Shown one piece after another: positions 39,662 through 50,166 of a DNA stretch of 64,000 nt. The notes below the pieces were generated by a model that saw only the letters and a program-made list of their open reading frames with translations, was not told the origin of the DNA and searched no databases. This stretch comes from Candidatus Latescibacterota bacterium (GTDB lineage Bacteria > Latescibacterota > UBA2968 > GCA-2709665): positions 4,160,001 through 4,224,000 of the forward strand of contig OZ244937.1 in the NCBI GenBank assembly GCA_965222075.1. Reading direction: 5' to 3'. Position numbers and translations under genes: made by a program. Positions within the stretch are counted from its first letter, which is position 1, and each line of letters opens with the position of its first letter.

Positions 39662-40317
39662 GTGCCCTCCTGCAGCTCAAAGCGCCGCTCAAAGCGTCCG
39701 GCGAGGTCCAGGTTGTGTGTGACCACGATCAGGATGTTCTGTTCGGCCTGGTGCAGATCGAAGAGGAGGGCGGCGACCTCGTCGGCCCTGGAACGGTCGA
39801 GACTGCCGGTGGGCTCATCACAGAGCAGCAGGCCGGGGTGGTTGATCAGCGCCCGCGCCACCGCCACACGCTGCCGCTCGCCGCCCGAGAGTTCGGCCGG
39901 GCGATGGTCGATGCGATGCGAAAGCCCAACGCGCTCGATCAATTCCAGCGCCCGCGCTTTCGCATCGCCATCGGGCTGTTTAAACGCCAGCGTGGGCACC
40001 AGCACATTTTCCAGAACAGAATACTGAGGCAGCAGGTGGTGATCCTGAAAGACAAATCCGATCACCCGATTTCGAAACCGGGCGAGTTCGGGTTCGGGCA
40101 GCACAAACGGATCTTCGCCGTTGATCTCAAGATGCCCCGACGAAGGGCGGTCCAGCGTCCCGATTACGTGCAGAAGCGTACTCTTCCCCGACCCGGAAGG
40201 CCCCATCATAACCAGCGACTGTCCACCCGCCATTTCAAACGAAATACCGCGAAGAACCTCCACAGGCCGATCACCGCTCCCAAAGCGTTTTGAAATGTCG
40301 GATACCTTCAGTGACAT
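39646..40317 (-). CDS. LolD/MacB-type ABC ATP-binding protein
   Basis: GPSGSGKST, LSGGERQR, DEPTGSLD and VTH. Confidence 0.95.
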   Translation of the reverse strand: MSLKVSDISKRFGSGDRPVEVLRGISFEMAGGQSLVMMGPSGSGKSTLLHVIGTLDRPSSGHLEINGEDPFVLPEPELARFRNRVIGFVFQDHHLLPQYSVLENVLVPTLAFKQPDGDAKARALELIERVGLSHRIDHRPAELSGGERQRVAVARALINHPGLLLCDEPTGSLDRSRADEVAALLFDLHQAEQNILIVVTHNLDLAGRFERRFELQEGTCVEV

Positions 40318-40754
40318 GACGCCCTATCCCCTTCGCCTTCGGGTGCTTCTTCAATCCGCTCCGCAACAGAATCCGGGATCGGAATCGACCTCAATTTCTC
40401 CTCCGGATTGCAGATACAGCACACAGCCTTCAATTCTCCCCGGGCAACCACCTCGCCATCTCTGGTAAAAACGAAGCCATAGGTGATGGACATAGCGCCC
40501 TTTCGCATCACCCTTAACCGGATGTCCAGCTCCTCTTCAAACCGGACTGGATTCAGATATTCGCAGAACGCCGTCAGTCTGGGCCACCCGATCTTGTTGC
40601 CCTCCCATTGGGTAGAAACGCTCGTCCCCAGCGAACGTAAAAACGCGTGCTCGGCAGCCTCCATAAAAACAAAAAACCGGGCAAAGTGTACAATGCCGGC
40701 CATGTCCGTATCGGAAAATTCGACCCTGCGCTTTGTATAATACTCGTAAGGCAT
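40308..40754 (-). CDS. 4HBT/YbgC-type hotdog thioesterase
   Basis: VEFSDTDMAGIVHF. Confidence 0.9.
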   Translation of the reverse strand: MPYEYYTKRRVEFSDTDMAGIVHFARFFVFMEAAEHAFLRSLGTSVSTQWEGNKIGWPRLTAFCEYLNPVRFEEELDIRLRVMRKGAMSITYGFVFTRDGEVVARGELKAVCCICNPEEKLRSIPIPDSVAERIEEAPEGEGDRASCH

Positions 40755-40782
40755 ACACCGTTTCCTTCATCCAGACGCTCGT

Positions 40783-41283
40783 CTACGATCCGGGCCTGAA
40801 CAGCGTAACGAGACATCCTCCTACAGCCGCCAGTAGAATACCCGCTACAAACTGCCAGTTCAAACTGCTCAGTCCCCCGGCAGGAGGATGCAGCGCCATT
40901 GCTACAACCGCATTCACAACCGGCGCTCCGGCAAACACAATTGACATCACCACCGACGGTGTCCCCTTTGCCCCAAACGCCAACAAGACGCCGAATGCGC
41001 CCAGCGCCCCTGCAACGCCTGCAAGGGTGGACCACGTCATGCCCTTCGCCGTAAAGGACCACGAGGCGCCCTGAACGGCCAGCACGATAAGAGAGCCGAT
41101 CACCGCCGTTAACAGGTAGGCCAGTCCAACAAAAAGGAACGCTTTGTACCGTCCGTTTACCGCATCCCCCATCGCCATCTGTCCCGTATGCAGCAAAACG
41201 CCGTACAGACCCCAGGAACAAACGGTCATCATCGCAAAAACAAGCCAGGTCAAACCCGGTGATGAAACATCTTCGGTCAGCAT
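40783..41283 (-). CDS. Five-TM DMT/EamA-like membrane protein
   Basis: WGLYG and VMSIVFAGAPVVN; AGGAGG RBS. Confidence 0.7.
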   Translation of the reverse strand: MLTEDVSSPGLTWLVFAMMTVCSWGLYGVLLHTGQMAMGDAVNGRYKAFLFVGLAYLLTAVIGSLIVLAVQGASWSFTAKGMTWSTLAGVAGALGAFGVLLAFGAKGTPSVVMSIVFAGAPVVNAVVAMALHPPAGGLSSLNWQFVAGILLAAVGGCLVTLFRPGS

Positions 41284-41345
41284 CGAAAACCCTCCTGAGA
41301 AAAATTTCAGACCTTTGAGCCATCCGCCGTAGGGACGGATGGTTT

Positions 41346-42632
41346 TCACACATACATCCTGTAAACTCCCAGCGTTGCCTCGGCCATCACCTCGTCTCCA
41401 AATGCCCGGTGCACCACCTCCTTACCTTTCCGCCCCAGGGCTTCCCTGTAGTCTGCATCTTTCATCAGTTGAAGCATGCCTTCTGCAATCGCACCCGGAT
41501 CATCCGGCTCCACCAGGATGCCGCCACCGGTCTCCTTGATAAGCTCGGGAAACGCCCCATGTCGCGGTTGTACCACAGGCACGCCATTGGCAAGCGCTTC
41601 TAAGACAAACAGCCCCTTGGGCTCTTTGTAGGGCGTTGGCACGGACAAAACATGCAGACCATTGAGAAAATCGATCTTTTGTGTGCGGTCGACTTCCCCC
41701 CGGTGATCAAACGCATCGGTTAGTCCCCAGGCATCGACCTGGTCCACGATCTTCTCAAAATAGGCCCGATCTCTCCTGCCCAGGTAACCTGCGACCTTGA
41801 GCCGAACGTGCTCTGCGCCGACCTCCTCCGTTAACCGGCGAAACGCTTCAACCAGCAGATGGAGGCCCTTTTCGGGACAAATGCGGGCCAGGTATCCCAC
41901 TGTAAAAGGTGCGTGATCCAAAGGTCTCCGGCTCTCTCCATGACCTTTCAGATTCAGCCCCAGCTTGACCACATGGATTTTATCGCCGGGAACATTCAGA
42001 TAATCCGCCATAAAATCGGCGTAGTATTGGCAGGGCGCGATAAACCCATCCATATCCACGGCCCGATCCCGCAGGAGCGCAAGCGTCCTCGATCTGTACG
42101 GCTCGACCAATCCCTCCAGAAAGATATCCTCTCCCTGAAAGGCACACAGCACAGGAACCCCCAGCTCCTTTTTGAGTTTCCAGGCCATTCCCGAAAACAT
42201 GGAATTGGTCAGCTGTACGATATCCGGACGGTAAACCTTCTTCAACCATTGAACCAGCTTCGCCAGCTCCTTCTTCTGCGCCCCCGCTTCCCCCTCCAGC
42301 ACGGAAACCGTAAGGGCGCCCAGGTCTTCGGCGCGAGCCGCACCGCTGAAGCGGGACAACCCCTTCAAAAGCGCCGGCCGATCCAGCACCCGATCCAGGG
42401 TCCAGGGTGTATGCCGGAACAGCGCGATCTTCTGCTGGAGATATACATTTATCCCACCATAAAAAATCTGACCGATGCTCACATCCGGTTCATCGGTGCG
42501 AAGGGGCGTATAGGTAGGCACAAGCGCAACTTCCGCCCCTTTTCTTTGCAGGGCCGCCGCCAGTGTATTATCGTGGATACAACTGCCGCAGTACATCCCC
42601 GCAGCGCCCGCAGCAATATAGGCGATTCTCAT
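41346..42632 (-). CDS. GT4-family glycosyltransferase with an N-terminal CxxC
   Basis: GAAGMYCGSCIHD, ARICPEKG and EPKGLFVLEALANG. Confidence 0.9.
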   Translation of the reverse strand: MRIAYIAAGAAGMYCGSCIHDNTLAAALQRKGAEVALVPTYTPLRTDEPDVSIGQIFYGGINVYLQQKIALFRHTPWTLDRVLDRPALLKGLSRFSGAARAEDLGALTVSVLEGEAGAQKKELAKLVQWLKKVYRPDIVQLTNSMFSGMAWKLKKELGVPVLCAFQGEDIFLEGLVEPYRSRTLALLRDRAVDMDGFIAPCQYYADFMADYLNVPGDKIHVVKLGLNLKGHGESRRPLDHAPFTVGYLARICPEKGLHLLVEAFRRLTEEVGAEHVRLKVAGYLGRRDRAYFEKIVDQVDAWGLTDAFDHRGEVDRTQKIDFLNGLHVLSVPTPYKEPKGLFVLEALANGVPVVQPRHGAFPELIKETGGGILVEPDDPGAIAEGMLQLMKDADYREALGRKGKEVVHRAFGDEVMAEATLGVYRMYV

Positions 42633-42664
42633 ATTAATCGAGGGGAAACGTGTTTTTCACGGTC

Positions 42665-43918
42665 TCACTCCAGACGCCACAGAGCCAAGGTTGAAATATC
42701 TTTGACGAAAATCTGTCTTCCCAGCACAGCCGGATGGGCCCACGTCGGGCTGTCGGCCACCGAATATCGAGCAACAGACTCAAATCCCCTGGCACTTTTC
42801 TTAACCACAACCAACTCGGCCTCGGTCGTCAGACAGAACATCACCTCTCCGGCGCCAACAAGCGCAGCGTTTTTACCCTGCCGTCCCTCGCTCGTCCAGA
42901 GCATCGATCCGGTTCGAGCGTCCAGACAGAAAAATCGCCCCTTGCGTTTGTGGTCCAGCCCAAATAAAAGGTCATCGCACAGGACCGGCGAACTCATATA
43001 CATCGAAACCTCTGCGTTATGCCAGACCTGTTCGGTTGACCATGTATCGCCATCCCTGGTAACTTTAATCGCCGTTGTCCCCCTGTCCAGACCTGAGAAA
43101 ATCACCGTCTCCTCGAACACGACCGGCGTCACGATATTCTGGTCCCACGCGGTTGTAAACGGAATGCTCCAGAGCAACCGGCCTGTGTCTAAAGCAACCC
43201 CCACACAGTAATTTTGCGTCTGGGTCACCACCTGTTTTGTGCCTCCAAACACAGCCACAATCGGCGAGGTGTATGCCGGGCCGTCCCCGTCCCAGCGCCA
43301 TTTCACATCTCCGGTCTCCGCGTTAAAAGCCATCAGTGCGCCCTGGTCGTGCCCCCCAACGTGCGCGATCAGCATACGATCTGCCACCAGGGGCGACATC
43401 GCTGTGCCGTAAAGGGGTGAGGTCTTCTCAAATCGACTCGAAAACGCGTGACGCCACTTCAGCTTGCCCGTACTGGCCTCAAAACAGGATAAAATGCCGC
43501 TGATCCCCAGGGTATAGAGCTTCCCGTTGTGGAACACAGGTGTCGACTTCGGCCCCTTGCCGTGTCCTCTTGCAGCCGAATTCATACGATAAGGCGCCCG
43601 ATAGCGTTCCTGCCAGATCAACCGACCCGAATCCAGAGAGAAACAGGAGGCCGCCTCCTGCCCTTCCAGACGGGAGTGCAGATAGACCTTTTCACCCACA
43701 ACAACCGGCGATGCGTGTCCCGTTCCAACCGGTACCTTCCATCCAAGCTTCAACGAATCCGGCCAGACCCCCGGCATCGAAACCGATTTCGCCACCCCAT
43801 CCCGATTCGGGCCCCGCCATTGGGGCCACATACCCTCAGCAGAAACGCGTCCCAACCCCACCGCACCCACGCCCCACATCCAGGCGACCGTCCACGCGAT
43901 CACACGCAACCGCTTCAC
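42665..43918 (-). CDS. PQQ-binding-like beta-propeller protein, secreted; start uncertain
   Basis: Signal peptide, WPQWRGPNRDG and repeated A/DxxTGxxxW. Confidence 0.85.
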   Translation of the reverse strand: MKRLRVIAWTVAWMWGVGAVGLGRVSAEGMWPQWRGPNRDGVAKSVSMPGVWPDSLKLGWKVPVGTGHASPVVVGEKVYLHSRLEGQEAASCFSLDSGRLIWQERYRAPYRMNSAARGHGKGPKSTPVFHNGKLYTLGISGILSCFEASTGKLKWRHAFSSRFEKTSPLYGTAMSPLVADRMLIAHVGGHDQGALMAFNAETGDVKWRWDGDGPAYTSPIVAVFGGTKQVVTQTQNYCVGVALDTGRLLWSIPFTTAWDQNIVTPVVFEETVIFSGLDRGTTAIKVTRDGDTWSTEQVWHNAEVSMYMSSPVLCDDLLFGLDHKRKGRFFCLDARTGSMLWTSEGRQGKNAALVGAGEVMFCLTTEAELVVVKKSARGFESVARYSVADSPTWAHPAVLGRQIFVKDISTLALWRLE

Positions 43919-43919
43919 G

Positions 43920-45194
43920 TCACACTTTAGCAGCATAAGAACCCGCATCTTCCGGAAGTTCACACATCTGTCCCATAGGCTCAAAGATTGCGCTGACATC
44001 CTTGATAAAAACGTGGCCGCTGAGGATGTCCACAACCCCCTGCTGGCACTCTGGAAACCGCTTCAGAAATCTGGCAAAACTGAACTCCCTGGTATAGAAG
44101 GCATAGACCAACTTCCGGATCGCTTCCATACCCCTCACAAACTCGGGCCCCCAGTTCCCCAGTTGATCGCCTGAAAAATCGTCTCTCTCGAATCCTTCAT
44201 TGATCGCATCAGCAGCCATTTCGCCGGACTTGAGCGCCAGAAACACGCCCGACGAATAGATCGGATCCAGGAACCCGAACGCATCCCCAACGAGCACCCA
44301 GCCGTTTCCTGCGACCTGACGGGAACGGTAGGAGAAATCTCTGGTCACCCTGACTGGAAACACCTGCGTTGCATTCGCCAACCGCTCCTGCATGCGCGGG
44401 CATTTTTCCAGCTCTTCGTCAAAAATCGCCTGTGCGCTCCCGCTACGATTCTGCAGAAGATGATCCAGGGCACCGACCACCCCCACGCTCACCCGGTCAT
44501 CTTGAAGCGGAATGTACCAGAACCACGCGTCCTTATCCCGCGTATGGAGAATCAACGTTGCCCCCTCATCAATCCCCTCGTCCCGCAGCCCGCCTTCAAA
44601 ATGGGTGAAAATGGACGCCTTTTTCAGGTTCGGCTCCACCGCTTTCACCTTTAACTTTCGGGAAATCAGCGCACTCTGCCCGGTCGCATCCACAACCACC
44701 CTGGCCGAAACCTCCTCAACCGCCCCATCCGGCAATTTTACCCGGACGCCCACCGCCCGATCTCCCTCAAACAGCACATGGCGAACGCCGACCCCATGGC
44801 ACACTTCTGCGCCTTTCGCCCCTGCATTGTCCAGCAGCATCTGATCGAACGCACTGCGCAGGACCTGCCAGGTCACGGAGCTCTCGTGCGGATTGTTCTC
44901 TGAAAAATAGAAAGGCGCAGACGCCTTCCCGGAACCGCCGAAAAACTGAACGCTGTGCTTCCTGGGAAAAACGCTCGCCTTCAACCGATCCAGAACGTCC
45001 AGCCGCTTGAGCGTCCAGTACGTCCCGGGCATCAAAGATTCCCCGATCTTGAAGAACGGAAATCTCTCCCGCTCCAGCAGAAGTACCCGATGCCCCTTCT
45101 CTGCCACCAGGGCCGCCGTCGTACTGCCCGCAGGCCCCCCTCCGGCAACGATCACATCGTAGGTGTCATCTTGAATGCTATTCCTCTTATTCAT
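43920..45194 (-). CDS. Flavin-dependent halogenase-like oxidoreductase
   Basis: GGGPAG, KIGESLMP, FPRK, WFWYIP and GDAFGFLDPIYSSGV. Confidence 0.88.
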   Translation of the reverse strand: MNKRNSIQDDTYDVIVAGGGPAGSTTAALVAEKGHRVLLLERERFPFFKIGESLMPGTYWTLKRLDVLDRLKASVFPRKHSVQFFGGSGKASAPFYFSENNPHESSVTWQVLRSAFDQMLLDNAGAKGAEVCHGVGVRHVLFEGDRAVGVRVKLPDGAVEEVSARVVVDATGQSALISRKLKVKAVEPNLKKASIFTHFEGGLRDEGIDEGATLILHTRDKDAWFWYIPLQDDRVSVGVVGALDHLLQNRSGSAQAIFDEELEKCPRMQERLANATQVFPVRVTRDFSYRSRQVAGNGWVLVGDAFGFLDPIYSSGVFLALKSGEMAADAINEGFERDDFSGDQLGNWGPEFVRGMEAIRKLVYAFYTREFSFARFLKRFPECQQGVVDILSGHVFIKDVSAIFEPMGQMCELPEDAGSYAAKV

Positions 45195-46476
45195 CTTCCC
45201 GATGGTCCCTAAACCGTCTCGCCTTAAGCTCAAAACGGGGCAACGTATTGTGAGGCACCGCCTCTACGGTCGCCCGAATGCCCAGAACATGCCGGACCTC
45301 TTTGGCCACTGTGCTCACAACCCGGTCGGGATCGGCTCCGTTCACCTCCAATCGGATCTCCAGCTCATCTAAGGCATCCCGTCGATAGACGTCTACGGCG
45401 AACTCTCCGACTTCCGGAAAACGCCGCACCGTGTTCTCAACCGCACCGGGATAAATATTCACACCACGGACGATCAACACATCGTCGATCCGTCCGACAA
45501 CCCCACCTTCAAGGCGCCAGAACGTGCGGCCGCATTCACAGGGCGCCCTCAGCAGCTTCACCCGATCTCCGGTGCGATACCGGATAACCGGCATGCCGAC
45601 CCGTCCCAGGTTGGTAATCACCAGTTCCCCTTCTTCTGCAGGGTCGCCGGTTACGGGATCGACCACCTCGCAGATGAACTCACCTTCATTGAGATGCACC
45701 CCCGCCTGGGCCTGGCATTCATACCCCCACGCGCCGACCTCGGTCGCACCGGCGTGATCGTAACACCGGGCGTTCCAGGCCTGTTCGATCCGCTGCCTGG
45801 TCGCCGGCAAACTGGCGCCGGGTTCCCCGGCATGAAGGGTAATCCCGATCCCGGAATGGGCGATATCGATCCCCTCCGCGGCGGCGACCTCGGCAAGGTA
45901 CAGGGCATAGGTAGGCGTGCAGACCAGCACCGAAGCTTCCTCAGACAGAATCGCCCTCAACCGCTGTTCCGAGGGCATCCCGCCCCCGGGAATCGACAGC
46001 GCGCCTGTGAACCGCGCCCCCTCAAGCGCACTCCAGAAGCCGATAAAAGGGCCAAAAGAAAAAGCGAAAAAAATGCGGTCCGCCGCCGTTACGCCGCCCG
46101 CCCAGTACACTGCTCCCCAGCAGCGGGCCCACCAGCCCCAGCTCTCCTTTGTATCCAGCCACCGAAGCGGGTCTCCTGTGGTACCCGACGTTTGATGAAC
46201 CCGGATGTAGCGCTCGGGGGGAAAAGTCAAATTTGTGCCATAGGGTGGGTGATCACGCTGATCTGCGGAGAGTTCCTGCTTGGTGGTAAACGGCAGTTGA
46301 AAATAATCTTCAGGTGTTTGCACATCCTCCGGCTGCTTCACGCCTGCCCTCACCAACTTTTGCCGGTAGAACGCGTTGGTCTTCAGCAAAGGACAAAGCA
46401 TTTCCCGCAGCTTTTTCAACTGCAGATTGACAAGCGCCTCTCGATCCAAAAATTCAAAATAAGTGTTTGCACCCAT
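45187..46476 (-). CDS. Phenylacetate-CoA ligase (PaaK)-family adenylating enzyme
   Basis: QTSGTTG, AGEPG, DHAGATEVG, YRTGD and GRIDDVLIVRGVN. Confidence 0.9.
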   Translation of the reverse strand: MGANTYFEFLDREALVNLQLKKLREMLCPLLKTNAFYRQKLVRAGVKQPEDVQTPEDYFQLPFTTKQELSADQRDHPPYGTNLTFPPERYIRVHQTSGTTGDPLRWLDTKESWGWWARCWGAVYWAGGVTAADRIFFAFSFGPFIGFWSALEGARFTGALSIPGGGMPSEQRLRAILSEEASVLVCTPTYALYLAEVAAAEGIDIAHSGIGITLHAGEPGASLPATRQRIEQAWNARCYDHAGATEVGAWGYECQAQAGVHLNEGEFICEVVDPVTGDPAEEGELVITNLGRVGMPVIRYRTGDRVKLLRAPCECGRTFWRLEGGVVGRIDDVLIVRGVNIYPGAVENTVRRFPEVGEFAVDVYRRDALDELEIRLEVNGADPDRVVSTVAKEVRHVLGIRATVEAVPHNTLPRFELKARRFRDHREDE

Positions 46477-46501
46477 AAGTTCTCAAACGCACCGTTCGTC
46501 T

Positions 46502-47860
46502 TTACGTGTATCTTGCATTTCGGTATTTTGAATCGTAAAATTCCGGCAACAGCTGGTCAACCCGAAGCAAGCCCTTCCGTGTTAAATGCACCCCGTGCTT
46601 ATCAAACATCAGCATCCCGTCATCCTGGAGCCTGTGATAGGTTGGGCCATATGCTTCCAGAATATCCACGCCAAATTTCTCTTGAAAATAACCTGTGCTG
46701 ATTTTTCCAAGTTTCAACTGCAGGATCATTTCCCGGGTGAGCCGTTCTTCCCGGGTGGTTGCAAATGCCCGGTTGAGCGGAAGCTGCCCCGCGCCCAGCG
46801 CCCCGATATACGCATCCCAGCTGGTGACATTCTGGAAATGCAGCCCGCCCATGTGAGAGAAAGAAGCGACCCCGGTACCGATCATATCGCTGCTGCGCCA
46901 GAGCGCATCCCGGTAGACGAATTTGTCCGGCCTCCCTTTTTTTACTACCGTATAAGCGCTGGAAATCTCATATCCGGCTTGCGTAAACCACTCAATCGCA
47001 TAATGATGCCATTCCCGCTTCGTCTCCCAATCGGCCACAGGCACCGGATCGCCATCCTCTGTCAGAATACGTTTCGAATAGACCGTGTTAAATGGCAGTT
47101 CCATCTGATAAACCGTCACGCTATCCGGGTCCAGATCAACCGTCTTCTGGACCGTATTCCGCCAGCTCTCCCACGTCTCTCCCACCATTCCGGCGATCAA
47201 ATCCACATTCACCTGCTCAAATCCAAGCGCCTTGATCCAGGGCACAACGGCAAAGACCTCCTTAGACAGGTGGGCCCTGCCATTTTCCCTCAAAATGTCG
47301 TCATTGAGATTCTCAACCCCAAGGCTCAACCGGGTAACGCCAACCTCCTTGACGGCTTCCAGCTTGCTTTGTGACAGGGTGCCGGGCTCGCATTCAAAAG
47401 CCACTTCCTCCACCTCATCCCACGGCATCGCCCCTTGAAGCCGCTCCACAAGCGCTTTCAGATGCTTGACACCGATATAAGAAGGCGTCCCACCGCCAAA
47501 ATAAACAAACTTCAGGGACCGTCCCGAAATCCTGGGCAATTCGCTGTACATCTCGACTTCATCGCCCAGCGCATCCAGATAGGCCTGAATCTGGGCGCTG
47601 TTTTTGTCGGTATACACCCGGAAATAACAGAATTTACAGCGCTTCCGGCAAAACGGAATGTGCAGGTAAAGGCCCAGAGGCGTTTCGAGCGAAGCCGAAT
47701 CTGAAGCGTTCAGCATCTTTATCACCTCCGGAACGCGATCTTCGCTCCAGAATGAGTACGGGGGGTAATTAGAAACAAAAACGCTCCCCACATCCGTCTT
47801 CTTCCAATCCTTTTTGGTGGTCGCCGGTTCAAGAGCCGCCACTTCTGAACGCTCACTCAT
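46502..47860 (-). CDS. HemN-like (class C) radical SAM enzyme
   Basis: SNYPP, YLHIPFCRKRCKFC, YFGGGTPS and RLSLGV. Confidence 0.9.
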   Translation of the reverse strand: MSERSEVAALEPATTKKDWKKTDVGSVFVSNYPPYSFWSEDRVPEVIKMLNASDSASLETPLGLYLHIPFCRKRCKFCYFRVYTDKNSAQIQAYLDALGDEVEMYSELPRISGRSLKFVYFGGGTPSYIGVKHLKALVERLQGAMPWDEVEEVAFECEPGTLSQSKLEAVKEVGVTRLSLGVENLNDDILRENGRAHLSKEVFAVVPWIKALGFEQVNVDLIAGMVGETWESWRNTVQKTVDLDPDSVTVYQMELPFNTVYSKRILTEDGDPVPVADWETKREWHHYAIEWFTQAGYEISSAYTVVKKGRPDKFVYRDALWRSSDMIGTGVASFSHMGGLHFQNVTSWDAYIGALGAGQLPLNRAFATTREERLTREMILQLKLGKISTGYFQEKFGVDILEAYGPTYHRLQDDGMLMFDKHGVHLTRKGLLRVDQLLPEFYDSKYRNARYT

Positions 47861-48983
47861 CGTTCTGCCTTTCGCCGAAACAGTATAAAATGCCATCTAC
47901 CGAACCGATCACCAGCTTCCCGGCCGCAACGCTTGGGGAAGCCACAATAGATGATCCTGTTACAAACGTCCAATCCGGTTCGCCTGTAAAAAGACCAAGC
48001 GCCAGGATCGCCCCGCCCATTGTGCCCACAAAGATCCGATTCCCAACAATCACAGGCGAAGAATCAATACGCGACCCCGTTGCATACGTCCACAACGGCT
48101 TCCCGGTTTGTGGGTCCAGCGCGTGGACCATCCTATCCCGCCCGCCCACAACCACCCCGCCAGCCGTCACTGCGGGAGATGCGTAAAATGGAAACCGCCG
48201 CTTTGGATGCTCATATTGCCAGAGAACCTCCGACCGCTCCAGATCGATACACAGAACCTGGTTCCCAAACGTACCCACATATGCCCGACCGTCCAGCACA
48301 GCCGCACTGGCCCCCACATAATCGCTCAACTCCACCTGCGTCTGCTCTGTGCCGTCCCGAATATTGACAACGCGCAAGTACCCATCGCACCCTGCAATTA
48401 AAGTCCTCCCATCCACAACCGAGGGCATGCCGTGAACAAAACCCTCCGTCTCCAGTTTCCAGATCAAGGCCCCATCTTTCATAGAAAGACAGTACAGATA
48501 CTGGTCGTAGGAGCCAAACAGCACACAGTCCCCGCCAGAATTCGCCGAAGAAACAATCCCCCCCTCTGTGCGAAACGCCCACTTACCCTCACCCGTCCGG
48601 GCGTCTACAGCGTGAAAATTACCCCCCTCATCCCCGAAATACACCACATGGTCGAATACGGACGGAGAAGACTTAATCTCGTCGGACGCCTTATATTTCC
48701 ATTTCAACTTCCCACCGGCAAGCTCGATGGCGTACAGGAAGCCGTCCAGACCGCCTACAAAAACCGTTCTTTCCCAGATTGCGGCCGTCGACTCAATCCC
48801 ACCTCCGACCTCTGTGGTCCAGAGCAGGCGCAAACTATCTGGCAGATCGCTTTTAGAAACGCCTGTTAACCGGGCATCCCCCCGGAAGCTGGGCCATTTA
48901 TCCTGCCCGTAGCCGGCCTGGACAAAAACCAGAAAAACCAGCAATCCGCACCCGGAGCGTACTTTCGACAAGGTATCCACCAT
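47853..48983 (-). CDS. PQQ-binding-like/BamB-like beta-propeller protein
   Basis: Signal peptide, WPSFRGD and regular SSP...G...W repeats. Confidence 0.85.
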   Translation of the reverse strand: MVDTLSKVRSGCGLLVFLVFVQAGYGQDKWPSFRGDARLTGVSKSDLPDSLRLLWTTEVGGGIESTAAIWERTVFVGGLDGFLYAIELAGGKLKWKYKASDEIKSSPSVFDHVVYFGDEGGNFHAVDARTGEGKWAFRTEGGIVSSANSGGDCVLFGSYDQYLYCLSMKDGALIWKLETEGFVHGMPSVVDGRTLIAGCDGYLRVVNIRDGTEQTQVELSDYVGASAAVLDGRAYVGTFGNQVLCIDLERSEVLWQYEHPKRRFPFYASPAVTAGGVVVGGRDRMVHALDPQTGKPLWTYATGSRIDSSPVIVGNRIFVGTMGGAILALGLFTGEPDWTFVTGSSIVASPSVAAGKLVIGSVDGILYCFGERQNDE

Positions 48984-48986
48984 TGC

Positions 48987-50129
48987 TCAGTAAACCGCTT
49001 CATAAAGCTGTAAAAAATCACCCTCGGTCACCCGACGCGGGTTAAACGTCCCCGTCCACTGCCCGGCGGCTTCTTTCGCCAGCAGAGGCAAATCGCCTCT
49101 CTCAATCCGGAAATCTCTCAGACATTCGGGCAACCCCGCCGTGGCCTTCAACCTGACAATGCGGTCAACAAGAAGAGCCACACACCTCTGTCGGTCTGCC
49201 TGGGCCCGATGCGCAGCCAGACCCTCATAAAGCCCTGCTTCCACCTGGCCGTTGAACCGGATCACCACAGGCAGCATAAGTCCCACCGCAATCCCGTGCG
49301 TCATTCCATATCGGGCTGTCAGGGGATTTGCGCACGCATGGGCAGCGCCCAGCATAGAATTCTCGATGGCTGCGCCGGCCAGATGAGCTCCCAGAAGCAT
49401 CTTCCCCCTGGCCTCAACGGACGCCGGTTCGGACAAACTTATCTCAAAACTCCCTTCGAGCAACTCCCATGCACGCAGGGCGAACATCTGCGAAACAGGA
49501 TTCCTCCGCGTTGAAACATAGCTCTCCAGAGCGTGGGAGACGGCGTCCATACCGGCAGCGGCAGCAACGGATTTCGGCACGCTCTCTGTCAGAACGGGAT
49601 CGAGAATCACCGCCCAAAATCGCGCCTTCACATCCCCGCACGCCATCTTCTGGTGGGACGCTTCCCGGGCGATTAGCGCATACGACTGCGCCTCACTGCC
49701 CGTCCCCGCAGTTGTCGGAATCCCGATCGATGGAAGCATGGGCTGGACTGCCTTGCCCATACCCCAATAATCCTCCATCTTCCCGCCATTGGTCAGAATA
49801 AGATTGACCCCTTTGGCGCAGTCCATCGCACTGCCCCCCCCCAGCCCCACAATCAGATCGACTTCCCCCTGCGCCTTCGCAAAATGCACCCCCGCTTCAA
49901 CATGCCGTGTGGTCGGATTCTCTTCCGTACCCTCAAAAACGCAAACCTCCAGGGATGCCTGCCTCAACGACCGAACCGCCCGCTCCACAATACCCACCTT
50001 CACGATCCCCGGATCGGTAACAATCAAAACACGCCCACCACCCAGTTCTTCCACCAGATCTCCCAGTCGGTCTAAGGTACCTTCACCAAAAATCACCCGT
50101 GTGGTAGGCTGGAAATCGAAAGGTTGCAT
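48987..50129 (-). CDS. Iron-containing alcohol dehydrogenase
   Basis: GGGSAMD, PTTAGTGSE, DAVSHALE and GAAHACANPL...HG. Confidence 0.92.
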   Translation of the reverse strand: MQPFDFQPTTRVIFGEGTLDRLGDLVEELGGGRVLIVTDPGIVKVGIVERAVRSLRQASLEVCVFEGTEENPTTRHVEAGVHFAKAQGEVDLIVGLGGGSAMDCAKGVNLILTNGGKMEDYWGMGKAVQPMLPSIGIPTTAGTGSEAQSYALIAREASHQKMACGDVKARFWAVILDPVLTESVPKSVAAAAGMDAVSHALESYVSTRRNPVSQMFALRAWELLEGSFEISLSEPASVEARGKMLLGAHLAGAAIENSMLGAAHACANPLTARYGMTHGIAVGLMLPVVIRFNGQVEAGLYEGLAAHRAQADRQRCVALLVDRIVRLKATAGLPECLRDFRIERGDLPLLAKEAAGQWTGTFNPRRVTEGDFLQLYEAVY

Positions 50130-50166
50130 AGAAGTTCAATTCAGGAGATTTTGACCCTGATGCGCC

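Noticed and set aside
46502-47860. Assigning the symbol hemN
   Set aside because: There is no tetrapyrrole gene context and the family includes many non-heme enzymes.
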